Source: Octopus sinensis (taxonomy: Eukaryota). Taken from it: a stretch of 64,000 nt of DNA. This document shows, piece by piece, positions 56,321-64,000 of this stretch. A program made the translations under genes and the position numbers. The notes under the pieces were generated by a model, which saw nothing but the letters and a program-made list of their open reading frames with translations, was not told where the DNA came from and searched no databases. The stretch lies in contig NC_043006.1 of NCBI RefSeq assembly GCF_006345805.1, positions 23,560,001-23,624,000 on the forward strand, in the 5' to 3' direction. Position 1 is the stretch's first letter. Each line of letters starts with the position of its first letter.

Positions 56321-59300
56321 ACATACAAAGAAGGTGAGTTGGGTGACACCATTGAGTGCTGGATAGAATACCTTGTGGTGTTTGTTCTCACTGTCAGTGC
56401 CCTAAGTTCAACTTAGCTTTCCATCCTTGAAGGGTTCAATAAAAAGTATCACATGAGGAAGGTAGGGCCACAGCAGCAGCTTACTTGTTTTAGTCATTAG
56501 ACTGTGGCCATACTGGAGCACTGCCTTGAAGAAGTTTCAGTTAAATGAATCAACTCCAGTACTTATTGTGTCAGTTTCTTTTGCCTAACTGCTAAGTTAT
56601 GGGGGTATAAACACACCAGCATTGGTTGTCAAGCGGTGGTGAGGAACAAACACAGACACATTATTACACACATACACATGCGCACACATATGTGTACACA
56701 CACACACACACATATATGACATGCTTCATTTCAGTTTCCATCAACCAAATCCACTAACAAGGCTTTGGTCGGTCCAAGGCCATAATATAAGTCACTTGCC
56801 CAAGGTGATATGCAGTGGCATTGAACCCAGAATCATGTGGTTGGGGAGCAAACTTCTTACCATGTCCTCCTGCACCTGTGAGGACCATTTCTCACCAACA
56901 TTTTTTTTGCTTTTAAATAATATTAGCAAAACATGGATTTTCATATAATAACAAATAATGGAAAAAAACTGGAAATTCCACCAACCCATGATAGGGAAAA
57001 AATGCAGGGTTGGGGAAATAAGCCAAAATATGGATAAATATGATGGTTAGTAAATAAATAAAATAAAATAAAATAAAATAAAAACAAGAAACAAAGACAA
57101 TCCTCACATTTTCTGTCTGTTTGGCTCATGGGTGATGATCTCGACAGTTCTTGTAGCATTTCATCAGATCGTACTCTTGTCTGTTGGTTATCAGACATCT
57201 TTTCCAGTATTCCAGTCTGCTGAGTTGCTTTATCTTGACACAGTTGCTCCAGAATGGTACGCATCGATAGCAGCTCATTGTATACCTGTTTGATGTGACC
57301 GATGACCCTCTCTTGTGAGATGGTGCTACTTTCGTCTGCCGATGTACCACTCGTGTCCAAATTCTTTTCCTCCAGCTGCCCTATGCGTAGCTGAAGCAAG
57401 GATCTTGTTTTCTCAAGTTCTGACTCAAGACGGTGGACAAGAGTTTCTGGTAGCTGCAAGAATTTAGTGAAAAAGAAAAAAAAATGGGAGATTTTTTAAT
57501 GGCAAACCTGAGATAATGAACGAATGTTGGTGAAGATGCTGTACTTTAAATGCCAAAGCCTACACTCAATTGCATGACCTACACTCAGTATAAGTCCCTC
57601 TTCAGTAGCATAGATCACCTTTAGTGACTAGTTCAATATCACAACCTACACTCAATGTCAATCTATACTCGATGTCATACCATCAATGACAGAACTCTCA
57701 ATGTCACACCGTCAATGACAGAACACTCTCAATGTCTTGCCATCAATGACAGAACACTCTCAATGTCACATAACTCAATGTCACAGCCTACAAGCTATGG
57801 CATTAGGTTGTGCCAAGGTTAAGTGGAAGACAGCTACCCAAAATACCATTCAATGGAACTGAACTTAAAACCAAGAGGTAGCAAAGCTAGTTCCTTAACC
57901 ACACAGCCTCAGTACTCTAAATGCAGAGGTTCACTATCAAGGTCACTTCCTGATTCCCACTTTCACAACATTAAACACCACAGATGGTTATTCTCTTGAT
58001 ATTTGATGTATCAGAACACCAGTTTCTCTCCCCCAATCTACAACAATAGCATAACAGAAAATATAAGCAAATGAGTCTCTTACCTGAGGTTTCATATTGG
58101 CTGTCTCAGCACTTTTGATTGTGTCCTCAGACAGAGATTTCTCTTGATGCACAGCTTTACTACTTGAACTGTCTGTCAGATCCTCATCAAAAGAATTGTG
58201 ATGTTGGCATATACGAGTCATCTCCTGAGCCCTATTAACCAGCTGAACTTGCGTGTCCATCAGGTGATCTCGGACGGTCTGCAGTTCCGTCTCTTTACTG
58301 ACCAGCTGTTTCTGTAAGTCGTCCACCTCACTGCGAAGCACCACAATTCGGCCCTCGGCCTTTGTGGCTTCGATCTGCTCTTCACCAAGCAATGTGTGGT
58401 ACTCCAGTTTTGAGCTGTGATATGACGATGCGGACTTCTCAAGCTGCTGCTGCAGCTGTTGTAGCATGCTGTCCTTTATCTGCAGCTCATTCTCGTAGCT
58501 CACAATCTTTGCCTCCTTCGACTCAATGTCAACTTGTGATGCTTCCAGCTTTCCGAGCAGTATGTTGATTTGCTCGGAAAGCTGGCCACCATCCTCTGCA
58601 GTCTGCAAGCTCGAGACCTGAATCTCAGCTTCCTGGGAGTGCACCTTTTGATTAGCCTCAACCAGCTCCATCTCCAGACGCTCCACATCGCTCTCTCTCT
58701 TCTGGATTTCCTGCCACAGGTCCGTGAACTTTGATTGGATTACCTGCGTGTCTTCCAGAGACTGAAGGTTGCTAGGTTTCAGCTCTTCAGACTCCAATTT
58801 AAACAGCTTCTTCTTCAAATCGTCAATGTGATTATCATTCACCAGCTTCATCTCCCACGCCTCTTGCAATTCCGTTTGCAGCTGCTCGCATTTGCTCTGC
58901 AACTGATCGGATTTCTTCTTTTCTATGTCAACAGACAGGCGTAATTGACTAAGCTGCGTGTTTCGTTCCTGCAGTTCTGTCCGTAGGTTCTCAATTTCTT
59001 TAGACTTTTCTTCAGCCACACGCTGGGAAGTTTCTAGATCTGACTGCAACTGGTTAAGAAGAAGGAAAAGAAAAGATTTTTAAATAAAAAAATTTAAAAG
59101 ACAGCAAAAAATAACTCCAATACATTATCAATTAACTGCTGAGACTTAAATGTAATCAATATCAATCATGAGCTGCATCAGGTTCCATTGTCTGTAGAAA
59201 ACAAACCAAAAGAGGAAATGAACCCTGGTGCAGCTCCCCAGCCTTGCCAGCCCCTCTCAAACCATTCAACCCATGCCAGCATGAAAAACAGACATTAAAT

Positions 59301-62144
59301 GATGATGATATGCATTAATAGGGCAGCGAGCTGGCAGAATCGTTAGTACCCTGGGTGAAATGCCAAACGGTATTTCGTCTGTCTTAACATTTCGAGTTCA
59401 AATTCTGCCGAGGTCGACTTTACCTTTCATCCTTTCAGGGTCGATAAATTAAGTACCAGTTGTGTACTGGGGTTGATCTAACTGACTGGCCTCCTCTCCC
59501 AAACTTTTGGGCCTTGTGCGTAGAGTAGAAAAGGATGATATGCATTAATTAGCAACAGAAAAGGAGTAATGAGAGATACACAGACAGGATTTGAACCATG
59601 TACTTATAGCTTCACCAACTCCACTAGGCACAGGTATGGCTGCATGATTAACAAATTTGCTCCGCAGCAGCTTCAGATTCAGTATCTTCTGTAGCTCTTG
59701 GCCAACCAAAGCCTTGTAAGTAAATTTTCAGATAGAAACTAAAAGAAGCCCACTGTGTATATCTTTCATACACAACATATCTCTCAGCGCAATTGTTTCT
59801 CGGCCTTTAATGTAGGCTGACTTTACACAACCAATTCATTTCACACTATATCTATCTTCGAAACTCATGTCTCCATTACCAGAACACATCACAGCTTAAT
59901 CCTTTCAATACAAAATCCAGCTGAAACCAATTCTGGCTCTGTAATACAAATGTCTTGTTTTCATAAGATCTGGATTAAAAATCTTCCACCAAATCTTAGT
60001 CACAATTTATGTTCCTAACAATTCTTTGTTATATTTTAAATTAACTGAAAAAAAAGACACAGTGCATCGCAACAGAAATATGGTAACGAAAGGGTTAAAC
60101 ACACCAGAGAGAGAGAGAGAAAGAGAGAGAGAGCGAGACAGGCAGAGAGAGAAAGAGACAGTTAGAGATAGACAGAGAGACAGGCAGAGAGAGAAAGACA
60201 GAGACAGGCAGAGAGAGAAAGAGAGACAGACAGACAGTCAGAGACAGGAGAGAAAGAGAGAGAGACAGACAGTCAGAGACAGGAGAGAAAGAGACAGAGA
60301 CAGACAGTTAGAGAAAGACAGAGACAGGCAGAGAAAGAAAGAGACAGACAGACAGTCAGAGACAGGCGAGAGAGAGAGAGACAGACAGACAGAGAGAATC
60401 TATTTGTACTATAACAAAGCTGTGATGAGTTGACCTGCAAGAAATCGCAGCCAAAACCCTACTACTGTCCCTAAGTGGCACTCAGTTATGAAGACAGGTG
60501 TTCCAGTTGATCCAATCAATGGAACAGTTTGTTCACAAAATTAAAGTGCAAGTGGCTGAGTGCTCCACAGATACAGCTACCCTTAATGTAGTTCTCAGGG
60601 AGATTCAGCATGACAAAGAATGAGACCAGGCTGGTCCTTTGAATTACAGGTACTCCTCGTTTTTCCAGCTAAGTGGACTGGAGAGATGTGAAATAAATTG
60701 TCTTGCTCAAGGACACATGATGCTGTCAGGTATTGAACTGACAACCTTACAATCATGAGCTGAATAGAATACCACTAAGACACACACCTTCACACTACTA
60801 TCACTGCTATTACTACCAACACCACTACTACTGTTGGGTCAACCACGGTCCCTCAACATGGTCTCTCAATGTGTTAAGTCACATCCAACCATCTGAAAAA
60901 TGGAAAGAGACAGATCTTGTCTCAGACAAATAATAGCTGAGATGGCCACAGTTGGAATCTCTTTGATCATAAGTCAGCACCACCACAACCGTCGACAACA
61001 ATAATTTAACTGAAGCAATGTCTAAGTCCGTGGAGGCGCGTGGCTTAGTGGTTAGGGCGTCAGTATCATGATCGTAAGATTGTGGTTTCGATTCCTGGAC
61101 CGGGCGATGCGTTGTGTTCTTGAGCAAAACACTTCATTTCACGTTGCTCCAGTCCACTCAGCCGGCAAAAATGAGTAACGCTGCAATGGATTGGTGTCCT
61201 GTCCAGCTGGGAAACACATATGCCATTGAAACCGGGAAACCAGGCCCATGAACCTGGCTAGGCTTTAAAAAAAGGGTGCATTTATTTATTTTTTATTTTA
61301 TGTCTAAGTCCACCTTAGAATCTGAAAATAGAAAGGCACATGACTTACCTTGGATACTGTGGCTTTATCGTCCTCTTCTTCACATTCCGACGATGACCGT
61401 CTGGGGCTGCTGCTGGCTTCTACAGAATTGCTAGCGGTCACTTCGTTGTCCACTACAGACTTGTTGAGATTGTCCAGACGAATTTTGCACTCGTCCAGTT
61501 CAGCTTGGACCTTGCTCTGTTCTTCTTCCCTCAGAAGGAGCTGCGAAATTAGAGACAGAGAGAGAGATTTGGATTCCAATTAATATTTTGGAGCAATTTC
61601 AAGAACATTTTTGTGACTTCTACCCATCAGCACAGAAGCCAGGTGGATATCTCTTTAGACTCCATCCTCAGCATATGACTGGTACCATTATACATCTGTT
61701 TTCCATGCTGGCATGGGTTGGACAGTTTTATAAAGGAGCTGGCAAGCCAGAGAACCGCACCCGGTTGCAATTGATTGTTTTGGTATAGTTTCTATATCTG
61801 GTTGCTCTTCTTAACGCCAACCACTTCACAGAGAGTACTGGGTGCCTTTTATTATGTGACACTGGCAATTGACAGGGTCACCAAATGCCTTGCAAAACCA
61901 AAACAAATAATAATAATCACCCTCGACTGAGAGGGGTGAGAGTTGTATTGAGTGGGTGTGGTTTTTTATGTCAACCCCAGTGCTCAACAGGTACTTATGT
62001 TATCGAGTCCTAAAGGATGAAAAGCAAAGTCGACCGTGACAGAATTTGAACCCAGAACATAAAGAAGGATGAAATCCCGTTGAGCATTTTTGCCCAGCAT
62101 GCTAACGATTCTGCACCTTAATGGCAGAAGTAATAATGGCAATG

Positions 62145-62179
<35 letters not shown>

Positions 62180-62473
62180 CATGGAGATGGTTGTGGTGGT
62201 GGTAGTGAGGTTGATAGAAAAGATGATGGCGATGATGATGAATGGTAGTGTGATGATGATGATGGCTGTGTGGTGAAGATGTAAAGTACATACCTCATTC
62301 TGCAAGTCATCCACCTCAGCCCGAAGTACAAGGGTGCGTCCCTCCTCAATACTGATGAGTTCATCTTTCTCCTGATGCATCTTCACCAGGGTCATGTAGC
62401 TCTTTTCACGCTGGCTGATCTCCACAGCTTGGTCGTGGGACTTCTTCTCCAGATGATGAAGTTGTTCCTGAAG
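9302..62473 (-). CDS. Pericentrin/AKAP9(AKAP450)-like centrosomal coiled-coil protein with C-terminal PACT domain; 3' part of a multi-exon gene (23 exons in window, 5' end outside)
   Basis: The PACT exon ([41 protein letters not shown]...[14 protein letters not shown]|MKYLVRK) matches the AKAP9/pericentrin PACT motif from memory. Upstream exons are E/Q/L/K-rich heptad coiled coil. All 23 exons have GT-AG boundaries and consistent phases, summing to 5451 nt (1817 codons including the stop). Confidence 0.93.
9905..10133. mobile_element. piggyBac-like MITE family 2 (ends AATGCTAAAGGGTTAA); related copies at about 21236-21325 and 37650-37850
   Basis: Shared internal sequence (GTAGGGTAGGTGTGAGAGGCTG) and CCCTTTAGCATT-type termini. 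Confidence 0.6.
10321..10512 (-). mobile_element. Putative Penelope-like pLTR/3' fragment carrying a minimal hammerhead-like motif; second copy at about 17815-18095
   Basis: Two homologous copies; minus strand CTTT-CTGTAGA-A-GAGC-ATAG-GCTC-GAAAC-GTA-AAAG. Confidence 0.6.
10846..11021 (-). CDS. PACT-gene exon 22 (NLGLPNHQQ...[19 protein letters not shown]), phase 2-1
   Basis: gatcag acceptor, T|GTGAGT donor (alternative GTGAGA donor 10 nt upstream), 176 nt. Confidence 0.78.
11399..11626 (+). mobile_element. Full-length Meta-domain-like SINE with about 15-bp TSD
   Basis: B-box GAGTTCAAATTCC, Meta-like core CCTTTCATCCTTTCGGGGTCGATAAATTAAGTACCAG; TSD GGTAAGGGGGCT(A/T)CT at 11384 and 11627. Confidence 0.9.
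12570..13262 (-). mobile_element. tRNA-derived SINE fragments (OR-like family); related copies at 22750-23020(+), 60480-60790(-), 61032-61290(+)
   Basis: Head GGCACGTGGCCTAGTGGTTAG...GGTTTGAATCTC; tail shared with 22930-23020 (GTCACGTGATCACGTG). Confidence 0.7.
14624..15041 (-). CDS. PACT-gene exon 21 (Ser/Thr/Pro-rich tail HTVPCSSS...DHFLQ), phase 1-2
   Basis: ccacag acceptor after a (CT)n tract, CA|GTAAGT donor, 418 nt. Confidence 0.85.
15050..15560. repeat. (GA)n/GAGATAGTGT compound minisatellite forming the pyrimidine tract of the exon 21 acceptor
   Basis: Direct reading; source of the spurious Ser/Leu/His ORFs. Confidence 0.95.
15915..16701 (+). mobile_element. 5'-truncated RTE-clade LINE: ORF C-terminus, structured 3' UTR and (GAT)n tail
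   Basis: [19 protein letters not shown]...[13 protein letters not shown]...DLQMLGL matches the RTE RLRWxGHV/GRPRxxW motifs; ends GAAGGGCATCCAGCT...CCATGCCAGCATGGAAAACGGACGTTAAATGATGATG. Confidence 0.88.
17008..17345 (-). mobile_element. RTE LINE 3' UTR fragment; similar copies at about 13420-13670, 15690-15895, 19500-19990, 26230-26490, 28460-28790, 29490-29663, 30960-31350(+), 45815-46130, 47730-48060, 59220-59310(+), 61700-61890, 63124-63330
   Basis: (CAT)n followed by TTTAACGTCCGTTTTCCATGCTGGCATGGGTTGG...CTACAGCTGGATGCCCTTCC, the reverse complement of the 16560-16700 tail. Confidence 0.85.
18228..18328 (-). CDS. PACT-gene exon 20 (R|[10 protein letters not shown]...FKPS), phase 2-1; completes the PACT calmodulin-binding helix
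   Basis: ttccag acceptor, G|GTACGT donor, 101 nt; not in the ORF track; matches AKAP9 ISRMKFLVRRW. Confidence 0.9.
18733..19448. mobile_element. Pogo/Tigger-like MITE interrupted by a nested second MITE
   Basis: Left TIR ta|CAGTAACCCCTCAACTATCACGG pairs with right CCGCGATATGGCGAAGGATTACT. Confidence 0.7.
18866..19358. mobile_element. Nested Tc2/pogo-like MITE with TA TSD
   Basis: ta|CCGTAAAACCTCGAGTATGGTCC ... GGATTATACTCGAGGATTTACGG|ta. Confidence 0.8.
20564..20820 (-). CDS. PACT-gene exon 19: PACT domain core, phase 0-2
   Basis: [37 protein letters not shown]...[13 protein letters not shown]; tttcag acceptor, CG|GTAGGT donor, 257 nt. Confidence 0.96.
21683..21949 (-). CDS. PACT-gene exon 18 (TQNSDGDG...ERIRWDQER...MESDL), phase 0-0
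   Basis: ttaaag acceptor, TTG|GTAATT donor, 267 nt. Confidence 0.86.
23730..24200. repeat. (TA)n/(TACA)n compound microsatellite
   Basis: Direct reading; also 24720-24900. Confidence 0.95.
25073..25249 (-). CDS. PACT-gene exon 17 ([38 protein letters not shown]...IQQ), phase 0-0
   Basis: caacag acceptor, CAG|GTGAGG donor, 177 nt; not in the ORF track; resembles the pre-PACT LLxQNxEL...LTEEK segment. Confidence 0.88.
25873..26008 (-). CDS. PACT-gene exon 16 (FLKANQTT...LTLEAQ), phase 2-0
   Basis: ctacag acceptor after a long T tract, CAG|GTAATT donor, 136 nt; required to reconcile the phases of its neighbours. Confidence 0.85.
27500..27880 (+). mobile_element. Older RTE LINE 3' fragment
   Basis: Degenerate RLC*YRHVM...[19 protein letters not shown] followed by CATGGAAAA...(GAT)n. 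Confidence 0.7.
28270..28415 (-). CDS. PACT-gene exon 15 (TTTSTNHMK...LNKIT), phase 0-2
   Basis: ttacag acceptor, GG|GTAAGG donor, 146 nt. Confidence 0.85.
29212..29385 (-). CDS. PACT-gene exon 14 ([14 protein letters not shown]...PDVM), phase 0-0
   Basis: ttgtag acceptor, ATG|GTGAGT donor, 174 nt; coding frame differs from the listed ORF. Confidence 0.88.
29664..29894 (+). mobile_element. Young full-length Meta-domain-like SINE inserted into an RTE 3' UTR, perfect 17-bp TSD
   Basis: AGAATGTACTGGGTACT at 29647-29663 and 29895-29911. Confidence 0.92.
30056..30265 (-). CDS. PACT-gene exon 13 ([16 protein letters not shown]...QKVVM), phase 0-0
   Basis: gtctag acceptor, ATG|GTGAGT donor, 210 nt. 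Confidence 0.88.
31452..31746 (-). CDS. PACT-gene exon 12 (NLTKEKNLN...SDIFE), phase 2-0
   Basis: ttttag acceptor, GAG|GTAAGA donor, 295 nt. Confidence 0.9.
32848..33059 (-). CDS. PACT-gene exon 11 ([10 protein letters not shown]...NEQIT), phase 0-2
   Basis: gtgcag acceptor, AG|GTGAGG donor, 212 nt. Confidence 0.87.
33701..33842 (-). CDS. PACT-gene exon 10 (AALEEEKVR...DLEYQ), phase 2-0
   Basis: tgttag acceptor, CAG|GTGAGT donor, 142 nt. Confidence 0.88.
35843..36479. repeat. About 640-bp near-perfect palindrome (fold-back element) with no spacer
   Basis: Centre AACCATAGG|CCTATGGTT at 36159/36160; arms complementary out to ACAAATAAGAAAACTGAGAAAC / GTTTCTCAGTTTTCTTATTTGT. Confidence 0.95.
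39350..41240 (-). repeat. RTE LINE 3' end with nested tandem expansions: about 62-bp unit x3 plus a 330-375-bp higher-order unit x4
   Basis: (CAT)n tail at 39350; GGTGTTTTTATGTGCCACCGACACAGGTGCCAG units; ACTTGCCTCAACAGG at about 39856, 40231, 40597 and 40929; (GATTT)n between units. Confidence 0.9.
41260..42120 (-). mobile_element. Head-to-tail chain of about 4 Meta-domain-like SINEs; similar chains at 33930-34650, 38720-39335, 44828-45245
   Basis: Repeated GGCACAAGG...CTGGTACTTAATTTATCGACCCC...AAGGATGAAAGGCAAAGTC...GAATTTGAACTCAG units joined by (TAA)n; the last copy has TSD CATCTTGATTGTT. Confidence 0.85.
42967..42987 (-). CDS. Candidate 21-nt frame-preserving microexon (adds about CLWEEML), phase 2-2
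   Basis: Minus strand reads ctgacttatctttctgcag|GTGTTTGTGGGAGGAAATGCT|gtaagt: branch-like CTGAC, pyrimidine tract, consensus donor, no stop in phase 2. Confidence 0.5.
43301..43843 (+). mobile_element. Internally deleted mariner transposon with TA TSD
   Basis: TIR CGAGGGTAAGTCAAAAGGTAATGCCATTTTGTTTAGGACAG / reverse at 43755-43843; transposase fragment [22 protein letters not shown]...[33 protein letters not shown]. Confidence 0.92.
46298..46520 (-). CDS. PACT-gene exon 9 ([11 protein letters not shown]...RYLSL), phase 1-2
   Basis: tttcag acceptor, AT|GTAAGT donor, 223 nt. Confidence 0.9.
47064..47263. mobile_element. hAT/Charlie-like MITE
   Basis: TIRs CAGTGGTTTTCAAC / GTTAAGAACCACTG; degenerate 8-bp flanks ATATACAC / GTGTACAC. 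Confidence 0.65.
47287..47482 (-). CDS. PACT-gene exon 8 ([23 protein letters not shown]...QLQRH), phase 0-1
   Basis: ctgcag acceptor, CA|GTAAGT donor, 196 nt; not in the ORF track; ADRxSLxSE motif. Confidence 0.9.
48119..48687. mobile_element. Palindromic mariner derivative (same family as 43301), arms about 240 bp
   Basis: Right arm encodes the transposase C-terminus [22 protein letters not shown]...[20 protein letters not shown]; the left arm is its reverse complement. Confidence 0.9.
49464..49637 (-). CDS. PACT-gene exon 7 ([14 protein letters not shown]...KIIEQ), phase 0-0
   Basis: tttcag acceptor, CAG|GTAATC donor, 174 nt; DWRxELL motif resembles AKAP9/pericentrin. Confidence 0.9.
51165..51420. 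repeat. Old degenerate minisatellite of about 31 bp (TATGTGGTCAT...AGCCAATGAGAGAAC)
   Basis: About 7 diverged units. Confidence 0.55.
51631..51849 (-). CDS. PACT-gene exon 6 ([18 protein letters not shown]...ATPDW), phase 0-0
   Basis: ttgaag acceptor, TGG|GTGAGT donor, 219 nt; [19 protein letters not shown] resembles a conserved pericentrin/AKAP9 segment. Confidence 0.9.
52120..53020 (+). mobile_element. RTE LINE 3' UTR containing a perfect 67-bp tandem array (about 8.3 copies, about 52206-52762)
   Basis: Unit TGCCAGTGCCGCCTGACTGGCACCCATGCTGGTGGCATGTAAAAAGCACCATTCAAGTGTGGGTTGG; downstream GGAAGGGCATCC...CCATGCCAGC...(GAT)n tail. Confidence 0.92.
54095..54315. mobile_element. piggyBac-like MITE family 1 with TTAA TSD; copies at about 37322-37546 and 59900-60094
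   Basis: TTAA|CCCTTTTGATACC...GTAATGAAAGGG|TTAA; same internal sequence (CTCTGGCTCTGTA...AAATCTTCCACCAAACCTTAGTCACAAT) in all three copies. Confidence 0.85.
54581..54756 (-). CDS. PACT-gene exon 5 ([10 protein letters not shown]...QEHLK), phase 1-0
   Basis: ttacag acceptor, AAG|GTAACA donor, 176 nt; restores phase. Confidence 0.82.
55006..55881 (+). mobile_element. Decayed maT (DD37D) Tc1/mariner-superfamily transposon
   Basis: [12 protein letters not shown]...[15 protein letters not shown] with exactly 37 residues between the second D and the third catalytic position (here D to N); C-terminus [12 protein letters not shown]; right end AATTTATTCACTGCACCCT. Confidence 0.85.
57108..57453 (-). 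CDS. PACT-gene exon 4 ([10 protein letters not shown]...QTDRK), phase 0-1
   Basis: ttgcag acceptor, T|GTGAGG donor, 346 nt. Confidence 0.88.
58084..59049 (-). CDS. PACT-gene exon 3 ([10 protein letters not shown]...NMKPQ), phase 0-0
   Basis: 966-nt open coiled-coil frame; polypyrimidine tract plus ccag acceptor; CAG|GTAAGA donor. Confidence 0.93.
59320..59533 (+). mobile_element. Meta-domain-like SINE with 16-bp TSD
   Basis: GATGATATGCATTAAT on both flanks; inserted in an RTE (GAT)n tail. Confidence 0.85.
60106..60397. repeat. (GA)n/(GACA)n microsatellite
   Basis: Direct reading. Confidence 0.95.
61349..61540 (-). CDS. PACT-gene exon 2 ([10 protein letters not shown]...ATVSK), phase 0-0
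   Basis: ttcgcag acceptor, AAG|GTAAGT donor, 192 nt. Confidence 0.88.
62294..62473 (-). CDS. PACT-gene exon 1 in window ([10 protein letters not shown]...DDLQNE), phase 0-0
   Basis: tttccag acceptor, GAG|GTATGT donor, 180 nt of coiled coil; an alternative AG lies 6 nt downstream. Confidence 0.85.
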
Positions 62474-63584
62474 CTGGAAATCAAAACAGAGATTAGAGAC
62501 TAAACAGAGAAATACCGAAAGGACAGCTACGGATTGGATGTAAGTAAACGATGTTATGTGCGGTGGGCATGGTTGGCAGGAGAGGAATCCAAAATATAAC
62601 ACAACTAGAAACAAATACTCTTTTACTTGTTTCAGTTATGCTGGAGCACCGCCTCTAGTCGAGCAAATCAACCCCAGGATTTATTCTTTGTAAGCCTAGT
62701 ACTTATTCTATCAGTCTCTTATGCCAAACTGCTAAGTTACAGGGATGTAAATACATCACCATCGGTTGTCAAGCGATGTTGGGGGGGGACAAACACAGAC
62801 ACACACACACATATGATGGGCTTCTTTCAGTTACCGCCTAGCAAATCCACTCACAAGGCTTTGGTCAGCCTGAGGCTATAGTAGGAAACACTTGCCCAAT
62901 GTGCCACAGTGGGAATGAACCCGGAACCATGTGACTGGTAAGCAAGCTACTTACCACACAGCCACTCCAGCACCTATACTGTCACCATTTATTTGTTTTA
63001 GCCATTGGATTGTGACCATGCTGGAGCACTGTCTTGAAAGGGCTTAGCTGAACAAATCAACCCTAGGGTTTATTTTTTCCTAAGGCTGATGCCCTATTTT
63101 ACTGAAACCACTAAGATACAGGGATCATCGTCATCATCATTTAGCGTCTGCTTTCCATGCTAGCATGGGTTGGACGGTTCAACTGGGGTCTGGGAAGCCA
63201 GAAGACTGCACCAGGCCCAGTCTGATCTGGCAGTGTTTCTATGGCTGGATGCCCTTCCTAACGCCAACCATTCCGTGAGTGTAGTGGGTGCTTTTTACGT
63301 GCCACCGAGAACAGGTGCCAGACGGGGCTGGGATGTTAAGAAAAAAATGTTAAGAGAAAAATCAACACAGGTCGCCAAGTGGGGGTGAGGGATGAAAAGA
63401 CAAATACACACAGCAGGCTTCTATACAGTTTCCATTTACCAAATCCATCTACAAGGCATTGATCAGCCCAAAGCTATTTTAGAAGACACTTGCCCAAGGT
63501 GCTATGCAGTAGGACTGAACCCAAAACCACATGGCTGCAAACAGCTTTGTAATCACACAGCCATGTCACTGAGATATAGAGAGG

Positions 63585-63855
63585 CTATGGAAAGTGTGGG
63601 TAAAATGTATCCCTGGAGTTATAGGTGCATTAAGAACTATCCCTAAAGATTTGAACAGATGGATAGAGGGAATAAGCATAAAACTTAGTTAAGTGCAGCC
63701 TCAGCAAACAGTATTATTAGGGGACAATTAGGATACTTAAGAAGGTCCTTGGCATCTAAGGTTACTCATTGTACCCTGATGTTAGGAATTTTTTTCCAAC
63801 AATCTAATCTGTTGTACATATATGAAATAATAATAATGATAACGATAATAATAAA
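63585..63855 (+). mobile_element. R4/Dong-like LINE 3' end with (TAA)n tail
   Basis: QQTVLLG-TIRILKKVLGI* resembles the R4/Dong C-terminal QKxxLLGTARILRKVL; followed by AATAATAATAATGAT. Confidence 0.6.
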
Positions 63856-64000
63856 AGAAGTGAAATAGAATCAGTGTGTGTGTGTGTGTGTTAATTATTG
63901 GTATTATGACCCTCCTCAGATACAAAATAAATTCATTTCATTTAAAATCCCTGACGCCCTACAAAACACTTGCCCATCCTCTCTCCCTCAAACACACACA

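Noticed and set aside
60026-60433. 135-aa R/E/D-rich ORF resembling a splicing factor
   Set aside because: (GA)/(GACA) microsatellite fused to a MITE end.
63585-63855. Dong/R4-like LINE as the mobilising partner of the (TAA)-associated SINE chains
   Set aside because: SINE tails read (ATT)n on their sense strand whereas this LINE ends in (TAA)n, and no shared 3' sequence was seen.

Overview
Eukaryotic, AT-rich genomic DNA dense in microsatellites and SINEs. The repeat landscape suggests an octopus or other coleoid cephalopod, which is an inference. The window holds the 3' part of one large minus-strand gene for a centrosomal coiled-coil scaffold with a C-terminal PACT domain (pericentrin/AKAP9/PLP family). 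I reconstructed 23 phase-consistent GT-AG exons from 62473 down to a stop at about 9302 (about 1,816 aa). The 5' part lies beyond base 64000, and a candidate 21-nt microexon sits at 42967-42987. The rest is mobile DNA: a decayed Penelope-like element (RT plus GIY-YIG) at about 1-2100, RTE LINE 3' ends, several tRNA-derived SINE families, mariner/maT/pogo-like/piggyBac-like/hAT non-autonomous elements and a Dong/R4-like 3' end. The most notable non-coding signals are (1) two minimal hammerhead-ribozyme-like motifs, (2) a set of long fold-back palindromes, two carrying the 3' half of a hammerhead-like motif, and (3) a double-hairpin module in RTE 3' UTRs that shows covariation and expands into tandem arrays. 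No prokaryotic features or CRISPR arrays were found. All coordinates and alignments were read by eye.
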